Source of the DNA: the human T2T-CHM13v2.0 reference genome, Homo sapiens
DNA: 64,000 bases
Assembly (NCBI RefSeq): GCF_009914755.1
Contig: NC_060929.1
Strand: one strand, 5' to 3'
In this document: piece after piece, positions 39,520-54,018 of the stretch
How the letters are laid out: the number at the start of each line of letters is the position of its first letter
Numbering within the stretch: position 1 is the first letter of the stretch
Translations under genes and position numbers: made by a program
Notes under the pieces: model-generated
What the model saw: the letters and a program-made list of their open reading frames with translations, nothing else
The model's database searches: none
Told to the model about the DNA's origin: nothing

Positions 39520-40590
39520 ATTGTGTCTTTATTTTTAATCAGCTTTATTGATAAGCTGAGCATAAAGTGTATACTCTGAGAAGTTTTGACATAAAAATAT
39601 ACCTGTGAAATCATCATCCCCTAAAGGTTCCCTGTGCCCCTTTGAAATTCCTCCTTCCTGCCACCACACCCCACCCACGGCTCACCAGGTCACCACTGAT
39701 CTGCATTTTAACACCACGGCTACTTTCCATTTTCTAGAACTGTGTGAAGATGGAATCATATGCTGTTTTTCTGGCTTCTTTTACTCACCATAATTATTTT
39801 GAGATTCATCTGTTTTGTTGTGTATCTCACTAGTTGATTCCTCTTTATTGTTGAGTGGTATTCCATTGTGTGGATGTGTGATCATTTGGCTATCCATTCA
39901 CCTGTTGATAAATATTTGGGTAGTTTCCAGTTTGGGGTGATTACACAGAAAGCTGCTGTGAACATTCATGTATAATATAAGTATTTGAATGATGAATCTT
40001 GACTTTCTTGTCTCTTGGATAAAGACCTAGGAGTCACATGGTGGGTATACATTTAACTTTTTTCTTTTTTTTGGAGACAGGGACTTGCTCTTTTGGCCAG
40101 GCTGGAGTGCAATGGCAGGATCATGGCTCACTGTAACCTCAAACTGCTGGGCTCAAGCAGTCCTCCTGCTCAGCCTCCCAAGTAGCTGGTACTACAGGTG
40201 CATGCAATCACATCCAGCTAATTTTATTTTTGTAGAGACAGGTTTTTGCTGTGTTGCCCAGGCTGGTCTTGAACTTCCTGGCCTCAGACTATCCTCCCCT
40301 TTTTGGCCCTCCAAAGCACTGGGATTACAGATATGAGCCACTGCACTCAGCCCATATTTAACTTTTTTAATCAAATGGAGTAAGCATGTTTTCTAAACTG
40401 TTCTACAAAGCGTTTTTACTACTTAATCCCACCAGCAGGGTATGAGAATACCAGTTCCTCTACCTGTTTACCAATGCTTGATATGGTCAGTCATGTCTTA
40501 GAATTTTAGACATTCTAAGAGGTGTGTAGTAGTATCTCATTGTGGCTTTATTATCATTTCCCAAATAACTAATGACATAGATTTTAAAGT
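39520..40590 (-). mobile_element. L1ME/L1MB-type fragment interrupted by AluJ
   Basis: 'caccactgatctgc', 'taattattttgagattcatc', 'gctgctgtgaacattcatgta', 'gtatctcattgtggc'. Confidence 0.8.
40060..40352 (-). mobile_element. AluJ SINE
   Basis: T tail then gagacaggg...gagccactgcactcagcc; TSD atttaacttttt on both sides. Confidence 0.92.
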
Positions 40591-42576
40591 GTTCCTGATT
40601 GTTTGCATGGTTTATTACATTCCATTTTAATAATAAACTGCCTCAAGTAAACTAATCTGTGTTGTTAGATTTGTTTTTTATTATAAATAAAGGGAATGAC
40701 TTTTTAAATGTAAGTTAAATGTATGATGTGATCCCATTATATGCATTCATTGAGAGTGGCATTTATCACACTATACAATGGTTTTTCCTTATGAATTTGC
40801 CCCTTCTCCACTAGACAGTGAACACCTCAAGAGAAAGTCTGCATCTTATTTATCTTGATATGTCCCCCATATCCACTATAGTGCCAGGCTGATAGTAGGA
40901 ATTTCATAAATGTTTTTTGAATTGAATTTATCTGTTTTTCATCAAGAACTAGCCCTGTGGTAGATGCTTTAAAAAATACTTAAAAGGTTGAATGAATGAG
41001 TGAATTTTGCATCTGGCACTATGCAACCATGTGATGTTGGATGGCTCTCTTCCTCTTGCGATCCTCAATTTTCCTGTCTCTGACACATTTAGGGTCTTTC
41101 TAATGCTAATATTTTATAATTCTAAGCATTTCAGTGTCTCCAGACCCCAGCAACCTATGAGAACAAAATAAGGTCATATTTCTTTTAATGCTCAAATTAT
41201 ACTGACTCTGAATTATAGTCAGATGAGCAGGGAGTCTGATCCTGAGATTTCTCATCCTAAATTTTTGTAAGATGCTCATTCTGAGAATCATCCTGCTATA
41301 GATGAGAAAGATGTATTTCACAAGAGGATGTAGAGCTTTGGGGTGACCCCTCTTCACCTTACCTTCCACAGGGTTTAAAAAAACACTGTATTTTGTATTT
41401 TCTCACAACTGAAATGAACAACAATAAAAAAACCCTGCTCCAGATCTTTAAGATAGGGATTTAGAAAGGGTTCTTTCCATTCAGATCCACTGAGGACGCT
41501 AGGTCAGGAAGGGTATCAGTGTCACCTGAACTAGCCCTCTGTCCATTTGTGCATGCCCTAGCCTAGAATCCAGTCTTCCTCATGGTGAGTGACGGTTCTT
41601 TGGGTTTATGGTAATCCTCTGGTAATGGACCTGGTCTCAGCAGAACCAACCCATCCTCCAGCAGACAATTTCTAATAACTTGAAGCCTTGAAGGGTAGAT
41701 GTCCCATTCCCTTTCCTCCAAAAATTCTCCTGGGTTCTTTCGTAAATTTTTGTGTGCAGATACATTTCTGGGAAAGGGCATCACCTAATTCAGTCTACAC
41801 CATCATCTAAGCCCTGGCATGGTATTTTTCAAAATAGCCTCCATGGACTGTGCCAGAAGCTCCAAGTTCTTGTTAAGATGTTATGGCTTTACCCCAGAAC
41901 AAAATCTCTGGAAGAGGACCCCAGGCTTTGCACTTACCGCATTGGGTGTTCATTATGCATATGAGACATTTGAAAACCATGGCCTTAGATACCCTCCACA
42001 CCTACCACCATACAAAATTGTAATGCTAATAAGTTGCTATAATTTTCCCCCAAAAAAGACCTATGATACTGGAATTTCAACTCTCTAAAGGAATGCTCAA
42101 GTGGTTCTACAAGAGAAAAGGAAGCACCTGCAAAGGGTAGATGGATCTTTTTCCATTCACTCATCAACAAGTATTCTTTCAGTGCCTGTAGAACCAGCAG
42201 TTGACTTCGTGGTGCTTAAATTCTATCTGGGGAGAGACAGACAAAACAAATGTACATAGAGAAGAAGCAAGATAGCTACAGAGGGACAGTACAGTGAGGG
42301 AAATGAAGACAGATGTGGTAAGTAGCTGGGGGAGGAGGAAAGGAGGGCCATGGCAATACCCTCTCCCAGAAGGGTATGTATGAGCTGGGGGCTAAGGCAG
42401 ATCTGAGAGTGGGGCATTTGGGCTGAGGAAACAGCCGGTGTGATTTCCCTCAGGAAGAAAAAATCTCTTAGCTTCCAAAATAGAATAAGGCTGCTGTGGT
42501 GAATGAACGAGAGAGGAAAAGCAGACAGAAGCTTGGTCATGGTAAGGGATGTGGAAGACTGAAAAAAGGCATATGG

Positions 42577-42790
42577 GGAGAGAGAGAGAGAGAAGAAGAA
42601 AGAGAAGTTGGAGGAGGAGAGAGAGAGAAGGAGGAGGAGGAAGAGAAGAAAGGAGAGGAGGGAGAAAGAGGAGGAAGAAGAGAAGGAAGGGAGAGTGGGG
42701 AGAAGAAGGGAAAAAGAGAAAGAAATAATTGTGACGAAGGAGGAAAGAAATGAAGAGAGGGAAGAGAAAGAGGGAGAGAAGGAGGGAGAG
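42577..42790. repeat. GA-rich polypurine low-complexity tract
   Basis: About 210 bp almost entirely A/G on the + strand. Confidence 0.9.
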
Positions 42791-43939
42791 TTCCTGTCTT
42801 TTCAGCAATTATTACGTAAATGAGCAAAGCAGGGAGATAAAAAGTGAGGTTCCCATGTGGGCTGCTTTATGGAAATCGGAAGCACATTCATTATCATGGA
42901 AGGTAATTAAGCCAAGAGAGTGAATGTGGGTTCAAAAGTCAACACAGTTTATTTATGGAGACGGAGAGAAGGCAAGGCTCTGGTGACAATCCTGGGAGAT
43001 GAGATTGAAATAAATGTAAAAAAGGTTGGCACATTGACTGTGTGACCTTATACTGTTCCTAAAATTTAATTTTGTCCAAAGACTCATATTAAATATGGAA
43101 AGTCTGTTACTGCTTTAGAGTCGTCTAATATTCTGAACAATGTCCTTGCAACAATCATATCATTTTAGCTGTGTTGCCGTGCTAAAAGCAATATTCATTC
43201 CTTCATTTTTTTTTTCTCTTGCCTCAGAAATATTGCAGTAACCACCTTTAATCTTTTGAAAAGTCAGAGCCTTTCAATAAGGAAAAAAATTACTTTTTCT
43301 GTTGGAGTGGTGTGGTAAATTATATTTTATTGTAACAATTACATAATTACTTTATTGCAGGCAAACCTGTCCTCACTCAGAGGGTTGCATATTAGAGGCT
43401 GTAACTATGTCTACTTCCTTTCCCAACTTCTCAGATGAGAAAGTCAGCCGAGCTTGAGAACGTCAGCATTGATGGTGAATTATAGGGGTGGTCTGTTAGT
43501 GAGGGAGACCATGTGCTTACCCACGACAGTGGAAATGTTTTTCTTTCAGAATTACTTACTATAGGATGATTTGTGCAAAATCATTTAAAAGTTGCCTCTA
43601 AAATCTCAGTTGCATTGGAATCTAAAGAAACCTTTTGGTGTGGAACATTTCAAATGATAGAATCTCAGTTTAATGGGACAGGCTTCCTGAGGGAGGAAAA
43701 CATTTAAAGTCGGAAATTAAAAACTCAAATATTTACAAAGACCAGGTAACCTAAACATGTGAACCAGAGTTCACTGTCCTTCCACATCTCCTTCCTCCTC
43801 CAGACACACACATTTGGTGAATACATAAATACAAAACTTTTGCTTCCTTTTAACTGTGCTATTACATAAAACAGTAGTTCGATAGAGAAAAACTGAGAAA
43901 CTGACATTTGGCCCAGGTGTCTGGAAAATAACAAGGAGT

Positions 43940-44238
43940 GGTGGGGACTGTGACAAACTGGAGGTTGCCTTGCTCTGTCTAAAGGGACAATCTCTGTTCA
44001 GCTCAAGCTTCGTATTGCCTGGAAGTGATATCAATCCAATATTGCCAGATCATTTCATTTCTTCAAAGAGAAGCTGGAAATCTGGATTTTTTTTTTAAAT
44101 GTGAAATCTTTGTTTTTTTGTTGTTGTTAGCAATTCAGTCAAACATTTTCTAAGTTCTCTTTAGGCCACACTGTACCAGCCAAATCAAACAGACTTGTGG
44201 GACAGTCTAGCCCGCTGGCCTCTGGTTTCACCCTCTGT
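43940..44238. mobile_element. MER103C-like hAT-Charlie element
   Basis: 'attgccagatcatttcatttcttcaaagagaagctggaaatctggatttt...atgtgaaatct' and '...ggcctctggtttcaccctctg'. Confidence 0.65.
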
Positions 44239-46229
44239 TCAAGGGGAATCACTGTGTTCCTCTCCTGTTCACAATGTTCCACTTCTCCACCTCCAAATGC
44301 AATCTCAGCTTATTGGAAATTTGGAAGAAAATCAAAGAAATTATATGTTTATGAGCTCAAAGACAAGTTCTTGCTGGATATTAGAATTTCCAAGAAAGGT
44401 CAAATTTGGAGTCTTATAAAATGTTGTCTCTATTACTCATTCTTGAATAAGCCTGGTTTTATTCACAGCTGTGGCTCTAACTTAGTTTTGAAAAATACCT
44501 CTAACTCTGAGAAGAGATATTTTATGTGACACGGTAGCAAAACTTGGATATTTTCCTGTTTAGATTTATGGCTATTTCTTGCTCTCGGAAGCGCTGCTGT
44601 TAGCTCCATCAGTGAAATGGTGAATTGTCTCTGACAGCAATGAATTCATTCGATGTACTCTTAAACCTTCCCAATTACTGGCTTTTTCCTAAGTCTCGGA
44701 GTACATTAATCATGTAACTGAGGAAAGACTTACTATGACCTTCTTTTGTATCAATCTTAGATATATCCTACATGTGAAAAAGCTGTCTGCCGATGTGTCC
44801 AGTGTTTTCCATGAGAATTAAGGTAAATCAAACAAGAAATGGAAATGCAAGGTTAAGAATTTAAAGAAAGGAAATTAGAATCTCTTAAGGATGGAGCAGG
44901 ATGTCAACATATTTCCATTTAATTTGAGTGGTTTAGTCGTTGTGGGAAAGACAGAAAGTAAAGGAGAGAGTTTTGCTTGTCATTTCAACCTCCTTGAGGA
45001 GGGAGTAATGGAAGACAGGGATCTGTTTTTTCTCAATTGGTGTATGTGCCCATGTGCTCCCAGTGTGAGCCTCTCATGGATAATATGGGGTTTAAAAATG
45101 CATTCGTTAAAAAAATATGACTGGTAGTTACAAGCTAAGTATATCATTTGATGTTCATCTGAGGAACTCTGGCCGGATATACTGGACTCATTAAGAGACA
45201 GTATTTTGGTACCCAATGTGACACCTTCCTGAGATATTTTTCAAGGTTAGACATGACTTTTCATATTTTTCACTTTATACACTGAGTTTAGAACCTCTAT
45301 GTGAGATGTTATTCTTCAGTGTGTTGGGTCACTCTCAACCACCATTATTATCACCATAACTTCTGCCATCACCCATGGGAAATGGCCCAACTCAGATCTC
45401 TTTTTCTAGTTTCTGCCCTGCTGTCACTTACATTGTAGAAGTGACTGAAGAGACTGCTTTCTTGGGTTGATCCATTAAAGCATTTTTTAAAAAGAGGTAA
45501 TTGCACAAGGGATGACTTTTTTTCTACCAACTTCTCATGTCCCATTTTTTATTCCCTGTTGAACATGAACACCATGCTAAGTGCTGGCCATGCATGGGAA
45601 CACATTTCTTGCCTGGTGAGCATGCCGGCTGCATCACACCATCTCATCTCTTCATCTGCTAAGGACTTGCCACAGATAGAAGTAGCCACCCATTAGGTGC
45701 TGGAGTAAGATTCCAAGTGCCTTCTACAGGAAAATAAACTAGATCTTCACCTCTCCCCTCCAGCTTAAAGGTGATTGAGAAAGAGTGGTCAGAGGAGAAA
45801 AAGTAACAAAAGAGGCTATGGAATTTTTAAGGGGAAATTGGAGGGAGAGTTCAACTATACCTCTTTACTCAAAGGATTAGGCAATCGTCAAGGGTTAATT
45901 GAATACCTACTATCTGCTCAGTTTTGTGTTAAGTGCAGTGAAAGAATATGAAGTAGAAGTTGGCAACGAATCTGACAATATAAGAGAATGAAATATTAAA
46001 AGTACATAGTGGAGTAATTATTTAGCTATTTCCTTAGAACTTAAAAAGCACTTTAAAATATATTATCTTACTTGGCTCACCCAACTACTCCTAGACAACG
46101 ATTATTATTTAAAATAGAATAGACAAGGAAACTGAGGCCCCAGTGAAGTAAAATACTTTGTCTAGCTAGCAGTGACTTAACCTGGTTTTAAACTGGGGTG
46201 TTTTAACTCTGAACTCAAAATTCCTTCTG

Positions 46230-46493
46230 TGGAAGTTCAGGGGAAGCGTCAGTGACTGGTATTAGTTCTCCATGGGTCACTCAGGTGTTTTTCATGTCTT
46301 GCAAACAGGGACATTGACTATCTTTGTTCCGGATCATCTTTCCAAGGATGTTTGTAGAGCAAAGAACTTGAAAGGTAGTGATGGTGTCCCCCTCCAGGCC
46401 ATAGGTCAGGCATATTTACTGAGTGGTTATAATAAGGATAATGTCTTTCTCTAGGGCCAAAGGTCAGGCCTATTGTAAAAGATTCATGTTCCT
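46230..46493. mobile_element. Probable ERV LTR fragment, family not identified
   Basis: Internally repeated 'ctccaggccataggtcaggc / ctctagggccaaaggtcaggc' motif with LTR-like composition. Confidence 0.35.
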
Positions 46494-46837
<344 letters not shown>

Positions 46838-46889
46838 TCATGTTTTATGAAATGAAGGGGTATTAAAAGTTGTATAATGCAACCCCTTT

Positions 46890-48610
46890 TAAAAAAATGT
46901 AGCTTTATTGAGGTGTAATTTATGTACAGTAAAATTTAACAATTTTCAATTAATTTGAGGAGTTTCAACAAATCTATATGGTAGTGTAACTACCAACCCA
47001 ATAAAAGTGAAAAATATTTTCTTTGCCATCAAACGTTCTTTCCTCCCCTTTGGAGTTAATTTCCTCTACCAAACCTCTTGCCCTGGCAACCACAGACTTC
47101 TATCACTTTAGTTTTCTATCATTTTAATTTTGCCTCTTCTAGGATTTTATGTAAATGGAATCATAAAGCATGTTGTCTTCTACTTCTGATCTGTTTTACT
47201 TAGCATAGTGCTTTTCCTCCATTTGGTTGATCCTTTTTATCTCTGAGTAGTGTTATATGGAAATATATCTACTTGCTTCTCCAACAGTTGAGGGACACTG
47301 ACATGGTTTCCAATTGTTAGCCATTGTGAAGAAAATTGCTGTGAATATATACATACAAATTTTTGTGTGAACGTATTTTTTTCATTTCTGTTGGGTAAAT
47401 TTGGAGTAGGATTGCTGGGTCATGTGGTAAGTGTGTGTTTCATTTTATTTTTTAAAAATGGAGCCAGGCACAATGGCTCATGCCTGTAATTCCAGCACAT
47501 TGAGGGCCTGAGGTGGGAGGATCCGTTGAGCTCAGGAGTTCAAGACTGGCCTGAGAAACACAGTGAGACCTCATCTCTAAAAAAAAAAAAAAAAAAAGCC
47601 AGGCATATTTGCACACACCTGTAGTCCAAGCTACTTGGGTGGCTGAGGATTGCTTGAGTCCAGGAGGTCAGGGCTGAGCCATGATTGCACCACTGCACTC
47701 CAGCCTAGGTAACAGAGGAGACTCAGACTCAAATAAAAATAAAAGTAAAAATAAAAATAAAAGCCAAATAGTCAAACTGTGTTCCAGTTGCTGTACCATT
47801 TTTGCATTTCTACTAGCAATAGATGAGTATTCCAGTAGTTCCATATCCTTACTAATGCTTGGTAGGATTAGTCTTTTGAATTATAGTAATTCTAGAGGGT
47901 ATGGAGTTGTATCTCATTGTGATTTTAATTTGCATTTCCCTAATGACCAATGATGTTGAGCATGCTTTCATGGGCTTATTTGCCATCCATATATCTTCTT
48001 TGATGAGTGTCTGTTCAGATTTTTTGTGGAAACTGGATAATTTTTTTATTTTATTGTTGAGTTGTAAGAACATTATTGTATCTCTTGGAAAGAGATTCTT
48101 CATCAAATGTATGTTTTCTAACTATTTTTTCCTGGTCTATGGCTTATCTTTTCATTTTCTTTACAGTGCCTTTTAAAGAATAAAATTTATAATTTTGATG
48201 ATGTCAAATTTGTCAATGTTTTTATATCTGATGTCTGTGATTTTTGCTACCTTTTTTTCTTAAAAAAAAATCTTTGCCTAACCCAAGGCTGCATATATTT
48301 TCTCCTATGTTTTCTTTTAGAAAAGTTATAAGTTTAGCTTTTACCTTAGGCCTATGATCCATTTCAAGTTAAAAATTTTGCATGTGGCATGAGCTAAGAT
48401 TTAACTTTAATTATTATGCATATCCGATAATTCCAGCACCATTTGTTTGAAAGTTTATCTCTTGTCATTGAATTCCTTGTCAATTTTATAGAAAATTAAT
48501 TGATCTTAAATGTGTGGGTCTATTGGTCAGTTGTTTTTTCTATCTATAGCTATATGTCTATATGCCAGTACTACGTTGTCTAAATTATTATAGCTTTATG
48601 GTAAGGTAAT
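46890..48610 (-). mobile_element. L1MB/ME-type fragment interrupted by AluJ
   Basis: 'agctttattgaggtgtaatttatgtacagtaaaatt', 'ccctaatgaccaatgatgttgagcatg', 'tctttgcctaacccaagg'; ORF 47852..48106 has ORF2-like MQIKITMRY. Confidence 0.85.
47462..47762 (+). mobile_element. AluJ SINE
   Basis: Two-arm Alu with long central A run and (AATAAA)-like tail. Confidence 0.9.
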
Positions 48611-50321
48611 ACAATTTTTCCAACAAAGAAAAGGCATTTTTCCCAGGTGACACAGCAAGGTAGTGTCCAATCCATGGCTAGAATTGACATGTTCGTATTT
48701 CCAGCCTGGCTGTCTTCTTCCTTACCCTACATTTCTTCATGGTACCATTTATTCCTGGGCTCCCACCCTCTCTCAGTTCCTCTACAGCAGGGGAAAGTGA
48801 AAATGTTGTGACATGCAATCACATACTGTTTGATTTAATATAAAACAGAATGTTTTTTTTCTCCACCCTCTTCCTCACCACTCTCAATATCCAAGTAAAC
48901 TTGATACTCTAGGAAAATGAGCCCCATCTATCCTGTGTGTACCTCTGGGGCAAGGACCTCAACTGAATAGAATGGACTGGTCCAAATCAGAAATATTCAT
49001 TGCTCTGTGAGGACATAAGCCAACAGTACCATAAGGTAGGCTGGCCAGTGGACTCTCTGGAGTCACACACAGGGAGTTTTCCCTTGGCTTCCCTCCTTAA
49101 TCAGAACTTCTCTATGTGGGAACAGATGGCTGGTACAATATGGAAAAAACAGTCACATGAACCTGCTTCTGTTTTGCTAAACCTCATTTCTGTAGTCAGC
49201 AAACAGGAAATTCCAGACATGTGACAAATCAACTGACGTGGAATTCCCAACTAGGTGTTCCCTCTCATGCGTCTTCTCCACTGTGGAGTCACTGCTCCTG
49301 CCACTAGCATTCGCAGAGACATTGGGGCCATTGCAGTATCTGGAATATTTAGTATGTGGATGGCAGGAATCCAGCCCCAGAGAGAGGATCCAAAACCAGC
49401 CTTCATGGAAATGTGGGCTTCAGCTGAGAAATAAGTGCCATTTGAAATAGATATCTTAGCTGCTTTTAATCAGATTACACTATCATTGAAGTTTATCTGT
49501 AAGTTTTTGCTTTTATATAGTCTTGACATCTTTTTTTAAAAAAACATTAAAATATTGATTGGGAATTTTGTACTCTAATAGAGAGTGCCTGCATGTGTGT
49601 GCTGTGTGTGTGGACTCATGCAGGCATGTGCATTTGGTCTAGTGAATGGAGTATCAACAATTTTAACCTCATTTTACTGAAAAGATTTAAAAATTCATAA
49701 TTAGCAAACTCAAAAGGAGGAAACAAGGGGAGGTCATATATGATTTAGAAATATATTGTGCATGTTATAAGCTAAGGAATTTGATCACCCTTTTGTAACT
49801 GAGACAACCCTTTTCTCCTCCCTGCTCTCCAAATGAAATAAAAAAAAGATCAATTTGGTATGGAAGCTTTATGGAGTCTCATACATTGACAATCTATTGT
49901 ATTTAACTGCTGAATATAGTAAAATCTCAGTTAACTAAAGGACTCTAAGAGGAACATTCTAGTGATTTTACTTCTCTGATTAATTGAGGGATTAAATAGA
50001 ATTTCCCTCTTCAGCTTTTGTTGAAAAAACTTCCAAAATGTATGAGTATGCTTCCCTGTCTTCGTAACTCTAGCCAACACAATTGTATTTTTCTCATGAC
50101 TCAGGATCTGAAGATTTAGGGGTTATTTGGAAAATGCATCTCATTATTTAAGGCTATAACAGTGGTGGTGGAATTGTGGGAGTTTTACTGAGCGAGCAAT
50201 GACCCTCACCCTCAGTTTCTTACTGTTAAATGAGGGAATAGGTTTTTCAACTGTGTTGTGTAGAGCTGTAGCCCCCTATCTATCACAAACAACTTGAGAT
50301 GTTTTAGAAGTGTGTTTCCAG

Positions 50322-50610
50322 AGCCAGGCATGGTGGCCCATGCTTGTAATCCCAGCACTTTGGGAAGCTGAGGTGGGCAGATCACCTGAGGTCAGGATTT
50401 TGAGACGAGCCTGGCCAACATGGTGAAAACCCATCTCTACTAAAAATACAAAAAATAACCAGGCATGGTGGCGCATGCCTGTAATCCCAGCTATTCATGA
50501 GGCTGAGGCACAAGAGTTGCTTGCAACACAGGAGGTTGCAGTGAGCCAAGATCACACCACTGAAATCCAGTCTGGGCAATAGAGTGAGACTCCATTTCAA
50601 GAAAAAAGGA
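50322..50610 (+). mobile_element. AluS SINE
   Basis: 'gatcacctgaggtcagga', 'cctggccaacatggtgaaa'; TSD gtgtttccag. Confidence 0.92.
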
Positions 50611-50623
50611 AAAGTGTTTCCAG

Positions 50624-50950
<327 letters not shown>

Positions 50951-51034
50951 TCAATCACCGCACCAATCCTAGAACTTAGTTATTATCACCCTCCTTTTGT
51001 ATGTGTGGAAACTAAGACTAGAGAGACTTTGTAT

Positions 51035-52294
51035 TGATGGCAGCAGTTGCTAACTAACTCCCAGCTACAGCCAGGAGGCACAGCTGGGGCTGCACACTCC
51101 GTGGAGCTCCCTGGGTGCCACTGTAGCCACCCAAATCATGACTACAGACCCAGGCCTCCTGCTCTACGGAGCAGGCAGGAGTCCATCCTCCTGGCCAGGG
51201 GCTACAGCCAACCAAACTGTGGCTGTGCATCCCACCCTCCCTGTCCTCTTTCAGGGGGGCAGGAACAGGCAGTATCTGCCCTCCTGGATGCAGCTGAAAC
51301 TCTCTGACCCATGGCTGCAGACCTGGGCCTCCCACTTTGTGGAGTGGGCAGGAGCCAGAGACAAGCAGGAACCCTACCCCTCCTGAGTTGGTGGAACTGG
51401 AGCTCCCTGGGTACAGCTGTGGCCACCCTCTCAGGCATCTCTGCAGTCTGCACCCTCAGGGGCCCAAGAAGGCCCCCTCCTCTGTCCCAGCAGGCTCGGG
51501 TTATCTGCTTCCACTGCCTGGCCTCTCTTCTACCCTGGTGCCCACTCAGTCTTGGAGCAGGGTTGGGGCCAAGCTGCAGGGCCTTGAATGGCAGCAGGAG
51601 GCAGAGTCCTGGATGGGCAAGGTTGGGTCCCCAGTAAGGCCCACCTTCAGGCCAGGAAGGGCCTGATGGCTGAGGGCTGGGCTGCCAGTCCTGTAGACTG
51701 GAGCGGGGACCCATGATGCCTCTTCTGGGCCTGCCCGTGGCCACCCATGAGCCAATTGGCATGCACTTCCTCCACTCTGAGGTCCATAAAAGCCCTGGGC
51801 TCAGCCAGAGCAGGGCAGAAGACAGCCAGAGAATGAAGAGGGCAGAGAAATGATGGGACCACTAGCTGCAGAGAGGAGTACCCTCTCTGATGATAGCTGG
51901 AGAGGATGGGATGACCAGCCGCAGAGAGGAGCTACTCCCTCTGCTGAGAGCTGCAGAGGTGACCTGCTGGCAGAGAGGAGCCACTCTCTCTAGAGCCTCC
52001 TCTCTGCTGAGAGGATATTGGGATGAACAGTTGCAGAGAGGAGCTACCCTCTCCAGGGCCTCCTCTCTACTGAGAACTAAACACCTAAAGATGACCTGCT
52101 TACAGAGAAGATCTACTCACTGCTGATCTCCTCTGAACTGTTGTAACACTTAATAAAGCTCATCTTCATCTTGTTCACCCTTCACTTGTCTGTGTACCTC
52201 ATTCTCCTGGATGCAGGACAAGAACTCAAGCAAAGGCATGAGCAGCCACAGAGGTTTCCGGGAAGAAAATCGACACCCCAAAGATTCTGTAACA
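51035..52294 (+). mobile_element. MER52 (MER52A-like) ERV1 solo LTR
   Basis: TGATGGCAGC start, CCAAT and cataaaa promoter near 51752-51791, gcagagaggag repeats, end 'gaaaatcgacaccccaaagattctgtaaca'; imperfect TSD gtat/ttat; splits a MIR. Confidence 0.88.
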
Positions 52295-53723
52295 TTATCT
52301 TGTCCAAGGTCATAGAGTGTGTAGGAAACAAAGCCAGCAGCAAATTCAGAACCCCTGTTTTTCCTTGCACTCTGCCACTGGACCCAACGTTGTCAAATTT
52401 CAGTAATTTATTGCAGTGTTGCTTTCTCTTTCCACTGCTGTCTTGTGTCCTATGAGAATCTGACTTAGGCTTGCCTTCATTGCATGCTGACAGTTTTTCT
52501 CACCTAGCAGCTATCATCTCAGGACTCAGTGTCAACTAACTCTAATCTGAGTATACTCACATTCTGGAAGCTATCATATAGAGGAACACAACCTACATTC
52601 TTAACATAGGGTGTCTAATAGTGGCAGGAAGGTCAAGGGAATTTGGGGGTGTATGTGGCCTTTATCCCTACCCAAATCCTATCATGTAGGCAACCTCTAC
52701 CTATTCCATAAACAGAATTAGATGGTTCCAGGGGAACTGCAGAGAGCTTCTTGCCATACATCGTGTCCTAGAGCTTTCAATTTTGAATGGAAGTGGCAGA
52801 CACTGGGGCTTTCTCTCCTAGGAGGACAAGGGTCACTGCAAGGCATCAGTAGCTCCAGAAAAGGAAAAAAGTTGATGGAGATCAGCTGTCTTTTCCCATC
52901 TCCTCATTAGACGAGCACTTCCATAGATAGGAGTTTATGCAGCATTTTCCTGAACAGCAACTTACAAGCATGCAAGAGATATTTTGGTTGACTCATTTGT
53001 CACCCCCATAAAAATAAGTACCCTCTGTGTTGAAGGGCATAAGCCAGGGGGTGTTTAAGTCTTCCTGCAGTGCCTTCTTGTAGAGGTCCTGAAGTTTGCT
53101 CATGATGTTTTTCCTTGGCTTGGCCTTATTTTAAGGAGTTGTCAAATAGATTGCAAAACAAGGGCTCCAAGATTATTTCTCATCCTGTTTTGCTTTTAAC
53201 TTTTAAAGATTAAAAATATCACATATTTATTGTAGAAAATTTGGAAGGAACAAAAAACTATACAGAGAATAAAGTCATTGTTTTAAAATACAAATCCAAT
53301 CCTGTCATCCTGGTATTGAAAACACTTCAATGGTTTCTATGCATTTTTTATATTGTTAAGAGCACCATTTCATAAGAACTTTACCATTCTCTGCTGTGGA
53401 GAGAAACCCTACTGTAACTTCTTTATTGCATTGCATGAATGTATCATAACACGTTCATTTCCTTAAAGTTGAACAATTAGGTTGTTTTCAGATATTTTCT
53501 TTTATAAAGAGCACTGCACAGAACATCTTTGTGTGTAAACATTTATAAGCATTTTTAGATTAGAAAGACTCTGTAGAAATTAGAAGATTGAGCAGGCCCT
53601 CTAAATGAGATAATGAATGAAAGCACTTAATTGTACTTACACGTACATTAGCATAATGAATGTACATTACTTTAGCCTCAGATTCAATTCATTCCAGTGC
53701 TGACTTTGAAGGATAAATTGACT

Positions 53724-54018
53724 GACCTGTGAGGTGGTTCACACTTGTAATCCCAACACTTTGGGAGACTAAGGTGGGCTGATCACTTGAGGTCAGGAGT
53801 TCAAGACCAGCCTGGCCAACATGCCGAAACCCTGTCTCTACCAAAAATAGAAAAGTTAGCTGGGTGTGGTGGTGCATGCTTGAAATCCCAGTTACTCGGA
53901 AGGCTGAGGCATAGGAACTGCTTGAACCTGAGAGGCAGAAGTCGCAGTGAGCCAAGACTGTGCCACTGCATTCCAGCCTCGGTGAGAGGAAGACTCTGTC
54001 TCAAAACAAACAAACAAA
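53724..54018 (+). mobile_element. AluS SINE
   Basis: Two-arm Alu; 13-bp TSD aaggataaattga at 53709-53721 and 54019-54031. Confidence 0.93.

Noticed and set aside
42392-42827. Leu/Ser/Phe-rich and Glu/Arg/Gly-rich ORFs
   Set aside because: Translations of the GA-rich low-complexity tract
49586-49626. 10-bp stem tgcctgcatg/catgcaggca
   Set aside because: Lies in TG/CA-rich low-complexity sequence where such stems are common
51047-52126. ORFs up to 186 aa and repeated gcagagaggag units resembling a repeat-spacer array
   Set aside because: Normal internal structure of the MER52 LTR; not CRISPR-like and not coding
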